Shown piece after piece: positions 49,617 to 61,985 of a stretch of DNA of 64,000 nucleotides (within the stretch, counting starts at the first letter, position 1; every line of letters starts with the position of its first letter). Made by a program: the position numbers and the translations under genes. Under the pieces are notes generated by a model. It ran no database searches. It saw only the letters and a list, made by a program, of their open reading frames with translations, and was not told the origin of the DNA. The stretch is from Macrostomum lignano (Eukaryota): assembly GCA_002269645.1 (NCBI GenBank), contig NIVC01002299.1, forward strand, positions 1-64,000, in the 5' to 3' direction.

Positions 49617-50920
49617 AGTAGGGTGAATGGGGAGAGTGAGGGTGAATCGGGGAGAGTGAGGGTGAATGGGGGAGAGAGGGTGAATCGGGGAGAGTGGGGG
49701 TGAATGGGGGAGAGTGAGGGTGAATGGGGCAGAGTGAGGGTGAATGGGGGAGAGTAAGGGTGAATCGGGGAGAGTGAGGGTGAATGGGGGTGAGTGAGGG
49801 TGAATTTGGAGAGTGAGGGTGAATGGGGGAGAGTGAAGGTGAATTGGAGAGAGTGAAGGTGAATTGGAGAGAGTGAAGGTGAATGGGGGAGAGTGAGGGT
49901 GAATGGGGGAGAGTGAGGGTGAATGGGGGAGAGTGAGGGTGAATGGTGGAGAGAGGGTGAATGGGGAGAGTGAGGGTGAATGGGGGAGAGTGAGGGTGAA
50001 TGGGGGAGAGTGAGGGTGAATCGGGGAGAGTGAGGTGAATGGGGAGAGTGAGGCTGAATGGGGGAGAGTGAGGCTGAATGGGGAGAGTGAGGGTGAATGG
50101 GAGAGTGAGGGTGAATGGGGAGAGTGAGGGTGAATGGGGAGAGTGAGGGTGAATGGGGGAGAGTGAGGCTGAATGGGGGAGAGTGAGGGTGAATGGGGGA
50201 GAGTGAGGCTGACTGGGGAGAGTAAGGGTGAATGGGGAGAGTGAGGCTGAATGGGGAGAGTGAGGCTGAATGGGGGAGAGTGAGGCTGAATGGGGGAGAG
50301 TGAGGCTGAATGGGGAGAGTGAGGCTGAATGGGGAGAGTGAGGCTGAATGGGGGAGAGTGAGGGTGAATGGGGGAGAGTGAGGCTGAATGGGGGAGAGTG
50401 AGGGTGAATGGGGGAGAGTGAGGCTGAATGGGGGAGAGTGAGGGTGAATGGGGGAGAGTGAGGCTGAATGGGGTAGAGTGAGGCTGAATGGGGGAGAGTG
50501 AGGGTGAATGGGGGAGAGTGAGGCTGAATGGGGGAGAGTGAGGGTGAATGGGGGAGAGTGAGGGTGAATGGGGAGAGTGAGGGTGAATGGGGGAGAGTGA
50601 GGGTGAATGGGGAGAGTGAGGGTGAATGGGGAGAGTGAGGGTGAATGGGGAGAGTGAGGGTGAATGGGGAGAGTGAGGGTGAATGGGGGAGAGTGAGGGT
50701 GAATGGGGAGAGTGAGGGTGAATGGGGGAGAGTGAGGGTGAATGGGGAGAGTGAGGGTGAATGGGGGAGAGTGAGGGTGAATGGGGGAGAGTGAGGGTGA
50801 ATGGGGGAGAGTGAGGGTGAATGGGGGAGAGTGAGGGTGAATGGGGGAGAGTGAGGGTGAATGGGGGAGAGTGAGGGTGAATAAGGGAGAGTGAGGGTGA
50901 ATGGGGGAGAGTGAGGGTGA
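49617..50920. repeat. 19/20-bp G-rich minisatellite, ~65 copies
   Basis: GGGTGAATGGGGGAGAGTGA. Confidence 0.97.
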
Positions 50921-51629
50921 AGTTTAGTTAAAGAGTTGAGCTAGTTGAAGATGCTAGAATATTTAATAGTTTAAACTTTACGCTACAATGCGAGTAACCA
51001 TTATGATAATTAATAGATCTGTGATCTTATGTGCTCATATCTTCACATAACGTTTTAGCATATGCGGATTATGATATAATTATTGTATGAGGCACATTGG
51101 CTATTTCTGTTGTTAGTCAGTCTGTGCTTGGCTCTTCCCATAATTGTGGAATTATTGTGTATTTGATTATCCTATTTTGTCTGCATTTACATATTACCAA
51201 TATGTACCGTATGCTGATTTGTTCGTTTGATAGACTATACGGCTTAACAAGCGGTCGCTGTTATCTCAAATTTTATTATTTATATTGTTTCACACTTTTC
51301 CTCTGGTTTTTCCTTCCTTTGGATATTTCTGACCTTTTTATCTCATTTCTTCCGGGCATTGTTCGGCCTGGACTGTTTTATGATCTCTGCACTCTGATAG
51401 ATTCTTTATGATTAACTGTTGTTCCATTTTACAGTCCTCTCTGCGTATGTTGTCTTAATTCTATATTTTCTCTGTGAGATTTTCAGACTCGATATAATCT
51501 CAAGAAATTCTGACCAGCTAGTAAGATGGAATTGATTTACTATATCAATAGTTATCAATAACTTTAATATTAGTCACTTTGCCACTATATAGTGTTATTT
51601 AGCATTGGCTATTGCGTTTTTCACTACTA

Positions 51630-51938
51630 ATGCCATTTTGGTACCTATGGGCGTCATTCTGGCATTGGTTGATGCCATTCTGACACTTTCTTGTGCCATT
51701 TTGACACTTGCTGGTGCCATTTTCTCACTTGCTGGTGCCATTTTGACACTCGTTGGTGCCATTTTGACACTTTCTGGTGCCATTTTGACACTTTCTGGTG
51801 CCATTTTGACACTTGTAGGTGCCATTTTGACACTCGTTGGTGCCATTTTGACACTTGTAGGTGCCATTTTGACACTTGTAGGTGCCATTTTGACACTCGT
51901 TGGTGCCATTTTGACACTTGTAGGTGCCATTTTGACAC
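51630..51938. repeat. 21-bp minisatellite, ~14 copies
   Basis: GGTGCCATTTTGACACTTGTA, degenerating leftward. Confidence 0.93.
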
Positions 51939-52738
51939 AGTTGTTTGTGTACTGTTTTAGCTATCATAAAAAGCTGTCTAATAAGTTCATGCATCATTAC
52001 GCCGCCGCTTGACTGCTTTTGCTAAGTGTTTATCACTATATTTTGAAAGCGCACTTTTTTAGTTATTTCTTTGCTCGAGTTTAAGATTCCATTGTACTGA
52101 ATACGTGCAGCTCTATCCTCAACTTCTGCGAGGTGTTTTGCAAACATGAAAAGAATGAGCTGAAAAGCACAAAATGAACGCTGGTGTGAGGACTATGACT
52201 AAAAGTGCACCATAGCGCTGCTACAGACTTTGTCGTCTGTCGGTGCGGGCCTTTTAAGTTTTTAGTTTTTTGATGGCATTGATGCGGCAAATTCTTTGTC
52301 TTGGTTATTTGATGCAACTAATTAATACAATATCTAATAACGATAATGACACCGTTTACAAAAAAAGGCTTTTCGTTGGTCGATGATAATGTGACCTTAT
52401 CTTAAATTATTACCTTATCTTTTATGCCTACCTTATCTTTAACGGTTACCGTATCTTTAATTACTACCTTATCTTTAACGGTTACCGTATCTTTAATTAC
52501 TACCTTATCTTTAGTGGTTACCTTAATGACCTGCGGTTCATGCATGCAAGAACGTAGTTAAAAAAACATGTTGACAATGGACTCGTCATTGATGCCAGCA
52601 CACAATCAAAATGAAATATCGCTGAGCAATGTATTGCCGTACATGTACATGCATTTCATGGGCAAGGTTGACAGCTTAATTGCTTTTACATACAAGTTCA
52701 TTGGAAATAAACAATCGGCATCGCTGCCCAATTAATTC

Positions 52739-53517
52739 ATGCTCACCCGCTCGCTCTGCTCTCATTGGCTGCGGCTGCCAGCCAATAGCCGGCCGGCCGG
52801 CCCCAGCCTGCTGATTGTAGGCAGAATGGCCGCCAGTCAGTTAGCAAGCACAGACGAGGCCAGCCAGCGCCGTAATCGGGTGTACACGGTGCCTAACGCC
52901 ATCACTGCCGGCCGCCTTGTGGCTGCCCCGTGCGTAGCGGCCTGCGTGCTCTCCGGCAGCTACGCGCCGCCGCCGCCATCACTCTGGCCGCCGGCCTGTC
53001 TGACGGTCTGGATGGTTGGGTTGCCAGACGGTGGCCGAGTCAGCGCTCGCTACTGGGCAGCCTGCTGGATCCGCTGGCCGACAAGACTCTGGTTGCGGCG
53101 CTGTCTCTGTCACTCGGCTACGTTGGACTGCTGCCAGCTCAACTGGTTGCTCTGTACATCGGCCGGGATCTGCTTCTGATTGGCGGAACCGTTGCTGCCA
53201 CTGTGACCGGCCGCGGCTCCGACTTGCTGGCCAAGGCGCAGGAAGTGCAGCCGCTGACCATCAGCAAGGCTAACACGGCGCTTCAGCTGGCCACCCTTGG
53301 CGGAGCTCTCTGCTGCCCGCTGATCGGCGCACCGTTCGATGCCGCGCCTCTCCAGCTGCTCTGGTGGATGTCCGCCTTCACCACCGGTTTGTCCGGGCTT
53401 GGCTACGCGCTGCACAGCCGGGTGCTGGAGGCTCAGCAAAGACTGTCTGCTAAGCCAGTAAAATCCGCTGCGCCCGAGGCTGAGGCGCCTGAGCCTGCGG
53501 TCAAGACACCGGCTTGA
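52739..53517 (+). CDS. CRLS1: Cardiolipin synthase (CDP-alcohol phosphatidyltransferase), intronless; 1-nt frameshift at ~52965 (assembly error or pseudogene allele)
   Basis: Frame 1 gives ...YTVPNAITAGRLVAAP; frame 2 gives AGLSDGLDGWVARRWPSQRSLLGSLLDPLADK...GRD (CDP-OH transferase motif). Adding 1 nt at TAC GC GCC restores a 259-aa ORF. Confidence 0.88.
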
Positions 53518-53564
53518 TTGCACGCTAATGTCAAGCTCAGCACTACCGTCAAAGATATTTGAAA

Positions 53565-54150
53565 GAGTGGAGATGCTGCTCAGAGTGTGAAGGAGATACT
53601 GCTCAGAGAGTGAAGGAGATACTGCTCAGAGTGTGAGGGAGATACTGCTCAGAGAGTGAGGGAGATACTGCTCAGAGAGTGAAGGAGATACTGCTCAGAG
53701 AGTGAAGGAGATACTGCTCAGAGAGTGAAGGAGATACTGCTCAGAGTGTGAGGGAGATACTGCTCAGAGAGTGAGGGAGATGCTGCTCAGAGAGTGAAGG
53801 AGATACTGCTCAGAGATTGAAGGAGATACTGCTCAGAGAGTGAGGGAGATACTGCTCAGAGAGTGAGGGAGATGCTGCTCAGAGAGTGAGGGAGATACTG
53901 CTCAGAGAGTGAAGGAGATACTGCTCAGAGAGTGAAGGAGATACTGCTCAGAGAGTGAAGGAGATACTGCTCAGAGAGTGAAGGAGATGCTGCTCAGAGA
54001 TTGAAGGAGATACTGCTCAGAGATTGAAGGAGATACTGCTCAGAGATTGAAGGAGATACTGCTCAGAGAGTGAAGGAGATACTGCTCAGAGAGTGAAGGA
54101 GATACTGCTCAGAGAGTGAGGGAGATGCTGCTCAGAGAGTGAGGGAGATA
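53565..54150. repeat. 23-bp minisatellite, ~25 copies, just after the CRLS1 stop
   Basis: GGAGATACTGCTCAGAGAGTGAA. Confidence 0.96.
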
Positions 54151-54402
54151 TTTTCATTTTCTAATGATATCATATGTTTCTGCTACTGCGAGTAGTGTCT
54201 GAATTGATTGTAAATCGCTTTTGGTCGTATAGCATTTTTAAAAATAATAATGGTCCCGTGATACGGCGGGCCGTTAAAACATGGTGTGTTTCTTTGCTTT
54301 CTATTACAAGCAAATGATTTGTTTTATTGAAACCTTAATGAAAAATTAACCCTGTCTTTCTTTTCTTCATTTTCTGAATCGCTTTCAAAATTTCCCTGGC
54401 AA

Positions 54403-55212
54403 TAGAACTATGCTCTTTGCCTGTTGCTATGGTGAACTATGCTCTCTGTCTGTTGCTATGGTGAACTATGCTCTCTGTCTGTTGCTATGGTGAACTATGC
54501 TCTTTGCCTGTTGCTATGGGGAGCCATGCTCTTTGCCTGTTTCTATGAGGAGCTCTATGCATGTTGCTATGTGAACTATGATTTGCCTGTTGCTATGGGG
54601 AACTATGGTCTTTGCCTGTTGCTATGGGGAACTATGGTCTTTGCCTGTTGCTATGGGGAACTATGCTCTTTGTCTGTTGCTATGGGGAACTATGCTCTTT
54701 GTCTGTTGCTATGGGGAACTATGCTCTCTGTCTGTTGCTATGGGGAACTATGCTCTCTGTCTGTTGCTATGGGGAACTATGCTCTTTGCCTGTTGCTATG
54801 GGGAGCCATGCTCTTTGCCTGTTGCTATGGGGAACTATGCTCTTTGCCTGTTGCTATGGGGAGCCATGCTCTTTGCCTGTTTCTATGAGGAGCTCTATGC
54901 ATGTTGCTATGTGAACTATGCTTTGCCTGTTGCTATGGGGAACTATGCTCTCTGTCTGTTGCTATGGGGAACTATGCTCTTTGCCTATTGCTATGGGGAA
55001 CTATGCTCTTTGCCTGTTGCTATGGGGAACTATGCTCTTTGTCTGTTGCTATGGGGAACTATGCTCTCTGTCTGTTGCTATGGAGAACTATGCTCTCTGT
55101 CTGTTGCTATGGAGAACTATGCTCTTTGCCTGTTGCTATGGGGAACTATGCTCTTTGTCTGTTGCTATGGGGAACTATGCTCTTTGCCTGTTGCTATGGG
55201 GAACTATGCTCT
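54403..55212. repeat. 29-bp minisatellite, ~28 copies, ending ~195 nt upstream of the NT5C3 ATG
   Basis: CTGTTGCTATGGGGAACTATGCTCTTTGC. Confidence 0.96.
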
Positions 55213-55406
55213 TGGCCGGTTACCGTGGGAAAAGTAAGCCTATATAAAAATAAATCTAGACAATGAAGGCCCTTTATCAGGTATTATTTATGCATCACTG
55301 CCAGGTACATATATATATGCATATGAAATAAACACGGTAAAAATCTTTCATGCCATCCACAGCGCCCTACACAGGCTCATAGATCCTCTCATTCCGCCAC
55401 CGTACA

Positions 55407-58400
55407 ATGCTGACCGACACTTTCTTCAGCCGGCTGGGCGGGCTGGCCGCTTCGCCTCGCCGTCTGTCTCTGCTGCTCGCTGGGGCCGGAGCCGCCGCCG
55501 CGGCCGCCTACTTGCTGTCGGTCGCCTATCGACGTCGCCGCGGCGGCGGCAGGTCGATCCGGGGAGCTGGCGGGGCCGCGCGGCGCCGGGCTTTAAGACT
55601 TTCGGTGACCTCCGCCGAGCCGCTGCTGCGCCTCCTGGAGCAGACGTGTCGCGATGAGCCTAGCGAACTGCCCGTCGTGTGCCAGTTCGGCGATACGAAG
55701 GTGCGTCGGTCGAGGCAATGAGACTATTTATACTGGTGATCGCCTGAGCACACTTCACTCATCCTCAGGCAGTGTGCTCACTCTGTCTTGACATACAGAG
55801 CTTCCAATATGCAGAGCGTAGCTGCCCCACCAACTCAATATGCAGAGCATAGCTCTGACCCACCAACTCAATATGCAGTGCATAGCTGCCCCACCAACTC
55901 AATATGCAGAGCATAGCTCTGACCCACCAACTCAATATGCAGTGCATAGCTGACCCACCAACTCAATATGCAGAGCGTAGCTGCCCCACCAACTCAATAT
56001 GCAGAGCATAGCTGCCCCACCAACTCAATATGCAGTGCATAGCTGACCCACCAACTCAATATGCAGTGCATAGCTGACCCACCAACTCAATATGCAGAGC
56101 GTAGCTGCCCCACCAACTCAATATGCAGAGCATAGCTGACCCACCAACTCAATATGCAGAGCATAGCTGACCCACCAACTCAATATGCAGTGCATAGCTG
56201 ACCCACCAACTCAATATGCAGAGCATAGCTGACCCACCAACTCAATATGCAGAGCGTAGCTGCCCCACCAACTCAATATGCAGAGCGTAGCTGCCCCACC
56301 AACTCAATATGCAGAGCATAGCTGACCCACCAACTCAATATGCAGAGCATAGCTCTGACCCACCAACTCAATATGCAGAGCATAGCTCTGACCCACCAAC
56401 TCAATATGCAGAGCATAGCTCTGACCCACCAACTCAATATGCAGAGCATAGCTCTGACCCACCAACTCAATATGCAGAGCATAGCTGACCCACCAACTCA
56501 ATATGCAGAGCATAGCTGACCCACCAACTCAATATGCAGAGCATAGCTGCCCCACCAACTCAATATGCAGAGCATAGCTGACCCACCAACTCAATATGCA
56601 GAGCATAGCTGCCCCACCAACTCAATATGCAGAGCATAGCTCTGACCCACCAACTCAATACGCGAAGCACAGCTCTGACCCACCACTCAATATGCAAACC
56701 CAGCTGACCCAAATTAGCTCCCAATGCAAAGGATGTCGAACCCCCTTACCCTCCCAGTGCCGCCTGGTGATGAAGAACCGACGCCGGGTGCTGGAGAAGC
56801 TGCAGTCGTTGATGAGCGGCGGCCCGGACGCCCTGGAAGTGATCACGGACTTCGACCACACGCTGAGCAAATTCAGCGAGAACGGCCGCCGGGTGCCCTC
56901 CTCGCACGGCATCATGGAGTCCTACCCTGACCTGTCTGCCGAGGACCACAAGTACTTCCGCGAGCTGTACACCAAGTACTACGCCATCGAGATCTGTCCG
57001 GACATGTCCGACGAGGAGAAGCTGCCGCACATGATCGAGTGGTGGACCAGATCGCACGATCGCATGGTGCTGGCCGGGTTTCAGAAATCTGTGCTGGCAC
57101 AGACTGTGGACGTGTCTGGCGTGGCTTTGCGGTGAGTTGCTGTCTAAGCTGACTGTCATTCTCCACTTCTCATCCTAAAATGATCCCTCAGTTCTGATCC
57201 TTTATTTATGATCCCCAGTTCAGATCCTCAATTTATGATTCCCCAGTTCTGATCCCTAATTTATGACTCCCAGTTCTGATGCTCAATTTATGACCCCCCA
57301 GTTCTGCTCCCCAATTTATGATCCCCCAGTTCTGATCCCCAATTTATGATCCCCAAGTTCTGATCCTCAATTTATGATCCCCCAGTTCTGATCCTTAATT
57401 TATGATCCCCCAGTTCAGATCCTCAATTTATGATTCCCCAGTTCAGATCCTCAATTTATGATTCCCCAGTTCAGATCCTCAATTTATGATCCCCCAGTTC
57501 TGATCCTCAATTTATGATCCCCCAGTTCTGATCCCTAATTTATGACCCCCAGTTCTGATCCTCAATTTATGATCCCCAATTTAGGATCCTCAATTTATGA
57601 TCCCCCAGTTCGGATCCTCAATTTATGATCCCCCAGTTCTGATCCCCAATTTATGATCCCCCAGTTCTGATCCCCAATTTATGATCCCCCAGTTCTGATC
57701 CCCAATTAATGACCCCCAGTTCAGATCCTCAATTTATGATTCCCCAGTTCTGATCCTCAATTTATGATCCCCAGTTCTGATCCTCAATTTATGATCCCCA
57801 ATTTATGATCCCCAATTTATGATCCCCCAGTTCTGATCCCCAATTTATGATCCCCCAGTTCTGATCCCCAATTAATGACCCCCAGTTCAGATCCTCAATT
57901 TATGATTCCCCAGTTCTGATCCTCAATTTATGATCCCCAGTTCTGATCCTCTATTTATGATCCCCAATTTATGATCCTCAATTTATGATCCCCCAGTTCG
58001 GATCCTCAATTTATGATCCCCCAGTTCTGCTCCCCAATTTAGGATGCCCCAGTTCTGATCCCCAATTTATGATCCCCCAGTTCTGATCCCCAATTAATGA
58101 CCCCCAGTTCAGATCCTCAATTTATGATTCCCCAGTTCTGATCCTCAATTTATGATCCCCAATTTATGATCCCCAATTTATGATCCTCAATTTATGATCC
58201 CCCAGTTCGGATTCTCAATTTATGATCCCACAGTTCTGATCCTCAATTTATGATCCCACAGTTCTGATCCTCAATTTATGATCCCCCAGTTCGGATTCTC
58301 AATTTATGATCCCACAGTTCTGATGCTCAATTTATGATCCCACAGTTCTGATCCTCAATTTATGATCCCCCAGTTCTGATCCTCAATTTATTATCAATTA

Positions 58401-61271
58401 TCTTTATGGCTCTCCAGCGACGGCTGGCATCAGTTCTTCGACCGCCTCGAGGAACTCGGCATACCCTGTCTAATCTTCTCCGCGGGCATCGGCGACATCA
58501 TCCAGGAGATTCTGGTGCACTTCGACATTCGCGGCAAGCTGATCAGAGTGGTCAGCAACTTCATGCTGTACAATGAGAAGGTGAGACTCGCAGACATAAA
58601 TTCGGGGCGAGGCTTACAGCAACGCGTCCGACTCTGGGGTCAAAGGGAGGTTTTACTGCTACTATCGCAGAGAGACGTTTACAGTCATCGTATCATATAA
58701 AGAACCTTAGGGAGAGATATCAGGAATTTCAGGGCGGGATTTATGGCTATCATATTAGGGTGAGATATCAAGCATCTCAAAGTGAGATATCAATAATCTT
58801 TGGATGAGAGATTGAAGAGTTTAATCCGGTGGTGATCAGTCACTTGAAAACTCCCACTTCCAGCCCTTAAGCCTGGGAATTCAGTGATCACTTACTGATG
58901 CGGGCTCCTCTTCTTTGTCGGGCAGGTTCCTAGAGCTCGTCTCCTTTATGTGATCTTCCTCCGGAGTTGGAAGTCTTCTTGAATCCTAAAGTCGGCCGAA
59001 CTCAGTCCGTCGACGTCAATATACTCCTCGAGTGCAGAAATCAATATATTCCTCGAGTGCAGAAATCAATATATTCTTCGAGTGCAGAAATCAATATATT
59101 CCTCGAGTGCAGAAATCAATATATTCCTCGAGTGCAGAAATCAATATATTCTTCGAGTGCAGAAATCAATATATTTTTCGAGTGCAGAAATCAATATATT
59201 CTTCGAGTGCAGAAATCAATATATTCCTCGAGTGCAGAAATCAATATATTTTTCGAGTGCAGAAATCAATATATTCCTCGAGTGCAGAAATCAATATATT
59301 CCTCGAGTGCAGAAATCAATATATTCCTCGAGTGCAGAAATCAATATATTCCTCGAGTGCAGAAATCAATATATTCTTCGAGTGCAGAAATCAATATATT
59401 CCTCGAGTGCAGAAATCAATATATTTTTCGAGTGCAGAAATCAATATATTCCTCGAGTGCAGAAATCAATATATTCTTCGAGTGCAGAAATCAATATATT
59501 CTTCGAGTGCAGAAATCAATATATTCCTCGAGTGCAGAAATCAATATATTCCTCGAGTGCAGAAATCAATATATTCCTCGAGTGCAGAAATCAATATATT
59601 CTTCGAGTGCAGAAATCAATATATTCTTCGAGTGCAGAAATCAATATATTCCTCGAGTGCAGAAATCAATATATTCTTCGAGTGCAGAGATCAATATATT
59701 CTTCGAGTGCAGAAATCAATATATTCCTCGAGTGCAGAAATCAATATATTCCTCGAGTGCAGAAATCAATATATTCCTCGAGTGCAGAAATCAATATATT
59801 CCTCGAGTGCAGAAATCAATATATTCCTCGAGTGCAGAAATCAATATATTCTTCAAGTGCAGAAATCAATATATTCCTCGAGTGCAGAGATCAATATATT
59901 CTTCGAGTGCAGAAATCAATATATTCCTCGAGTGCAGAGATGCGCCCTAATAACAAAGTCAACTCTATCACTTTAACGAGGTCCTCCAGAAATGGCGTCT
60001 TCTAGAAATAACGGAATCGGAGTCGTGTGCTCCTATCGGTTACTCTAGGGTACCGAAATCAATCAATCAGTAATCAACTAAGAGTATCGGAATCGGTCCG
60101 CAGATCCTATCCAATCCCCCTAGGAATAGGGAGGCCTCAAATTCAATAACTCAATTGAAATCAACTGATCAGAAACGGCCGGCAAATAACACAGCTCTCA
60201 ATAATCAAATAACAAAGACTCAAATAACAAAGACTCTGACAAAGGCTTACCAATTGGTGTTTGTCTCTCACAGAGATATAGCCTTACTTGGCTGCTCTGG
60301 CTAAGCCCAAGATTTCTTAAGGCTGCTCCGAGTCTGAGGTTTCAGCTCGGATTTTCGCTTGTATTTTTATACACAATTTTATTCGATTTTGAGCTCCAAA
60401 CCGGTTTTACTGATAAGAATCAAGAAATGGACTTTGTCCTTTGACCGGTGGGGTTTTGAATAAAAGTGTGAAGCTTGGGTCGCATTTAAGTTAAAATTTA
60501 CCATATTTGGAAATATAGGTTGAAAACCGGTTTTTCGGACTATGAAATGATCACTTGCTGTTTTCGTGTTATTACAAGTATTACTGAAAATAGAGTATGA
60601 CGCATGCTATTCTTAAATTTGCCTTCGTAATTTTATCTTACTACTTCTAGTAGGCGACCAGGCTTAAGGATCTCTACAAGATCAAAAATCTCTGGGTGAT
60701 ATATCAAGAATCTTAGGGTGAGAGATCAAGAATCTCAGGGTGAGATATCAGGAATCGCAGGGTGAGATTTTCAGCAGCCATAATCTCGAAGGGAGATCTA
60801 TAAAGTCTCATAAGGTGAGATCTATGACAGTATAATATATAGCCTGTTATCTCACGGTGGGGCATCGCATGCAGTCGCATCAATGCCGTGTACCAGTTGT
60901 CGCCCATCAAGCAGACTTGTTCCTGTCAATCAACCCAACCGCAGGGCGTTCTGCGCGGCTTCTCCGAGCCGCTAATCCACACCTTCAACAAGCGTTTCTC
61001 CGCCTTCGCCTCCAGCGAGGCCAGCGCCAACGACCTTGTGGGCGCTACGGACAGGCGGCACGTCCTGCTGATGGGCGACACGATGGGCGACCTGCGCATG
61101 TCCGAGGGCTGCAACGCCGACCTGGTGCTCACCGTTGGCTACCTCAACGATCGAGTGCAAGACCGGTTGTCCGGCTATGCTGACAAGTTTGACATTGTCT
61201 GCCTGGAGGACCCCAGCCTGTGTGTGCCGCTGGCCGTTATTGAAGCTGCTGCGACTGTCGGCACGGCCTGA
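55407..61271 (+). CDS. NT5C3: Cytosolic/pyrimidine 5'-nucleotidase III (HAD family) with an N-terminal hydrophobic segment, 4 exons, 385 aa
   Basis: Exons 55407-55700, 56758-57131, 58418-58580 and 60945-61271, phases consistent. Motifs: LEVITDFDHTLSKF, EKLPHMIEWWTRSH, LRDG, LIFSAGIGD, VVSNFM, IHTFNK, VLLMGDTMGDLRMS, VGYLND. Confidence 0.93.
55800..56712. repeat. 31/33-bp minisatellite, ~28 copies, NT5C3 intron 1
   Basis: CAACTCAATATGCAGAGCATAGCTGACCCAC. Confidence 0.96.
57180..58390. repeat. ~27-bp minisatellite, ~44 copies, NT5C3 intron 2
   Basis: CCCCAGTTCTGATCCTCAATTTATGAT. Confidence 0.96.
58813..60660 (-). mobile_element. Insertion in NT5C3 intron 3, candidate solo LTR
   Basis: Splits a degenerate 22-bp GGGTGAGATATCAAGAATCTCA array. 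On the minus strand it starts TG, has TATAAAA at ~60370 and ends ATTAAACTCTTCA. No TSD seen. Confidence 0.3.
59016..59940. repeat. 25-bp minisatellite, ~37 copies
   Basis: TCAATATATTCCTCGAGTGCAGAAA. Confidence 0.97.
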
Positions 61272-61374
61272 TGGAGGCGCCTGCCTCTCGTAGTCCGCTT
61301 TTAAACAGGCATAGTCATTGGGCACGGATATTGATTTAATTTTATGATAGAAAGAATTGCATCCAGCACTCAAC

Positions 61375-61985
61375 AGAACCACCACCCCACAGCACCCACC
61401 ACCTCACAGAACCCACCACCTCACAGCACCCACCACCTCACAACACCCACCACCCCACAGCACCCACCACCTCACAGCACCCACCGCCCCACAGCACCCA
61501 CCGCCTCACAGCACCCACCGCCTCACAGCACCCACCACCCCACAGCACCTACCACCCCACAGCACCCACCACCTCACAGCACCCACCACCTCACAGCACC
61601 CACCACCCCACAGCACCCACCGCCCCACAGCACCCACCGCCTCACAGCACCCACCACCCCACAGCACCTACCACCCCACAGCACCCACCACCCCACAGCA
61701 CCCACCACCCCACAGCACCTACCACCTCACAGCAGCCACCGCCTCACAGCACCCACCACCCCACAGCACCCACCGCCCCACAGCACCCACCGCCTCACAG
61801 CACCCACCGCCTCACAGCACCCACCACCCCACAGCACCTACCACCCCACAGCACCCACCACCTCACAGCACCCACCACCCCACAGCACCCACCACCTCAC
61901 AGCACCCACCACCTCACAGCACCCACCACCCCACAGCACCCACCACCCCACAGCACCCACCACCTCACAGCATTCACCACCCCAC
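61375..61985. repeat. 17-bp C/A-rich minisatellite, ~36 copies, ~100 nt after the NT5C3 stop
   Basis: CACAGCACCCACCACCY. Confidence 0.95.

Noticed and set aside
51595-52012. Heptad-repeat ORFs (MAPTSVK)n and (LTLVGAI)n as a coiled-coil or membrane protein
   Set aside because: A 21-bp array is open in several frames, there are in-frame stops just upstream, and there is no non-repeat coding context. It cannot be fully excluded without expression data.
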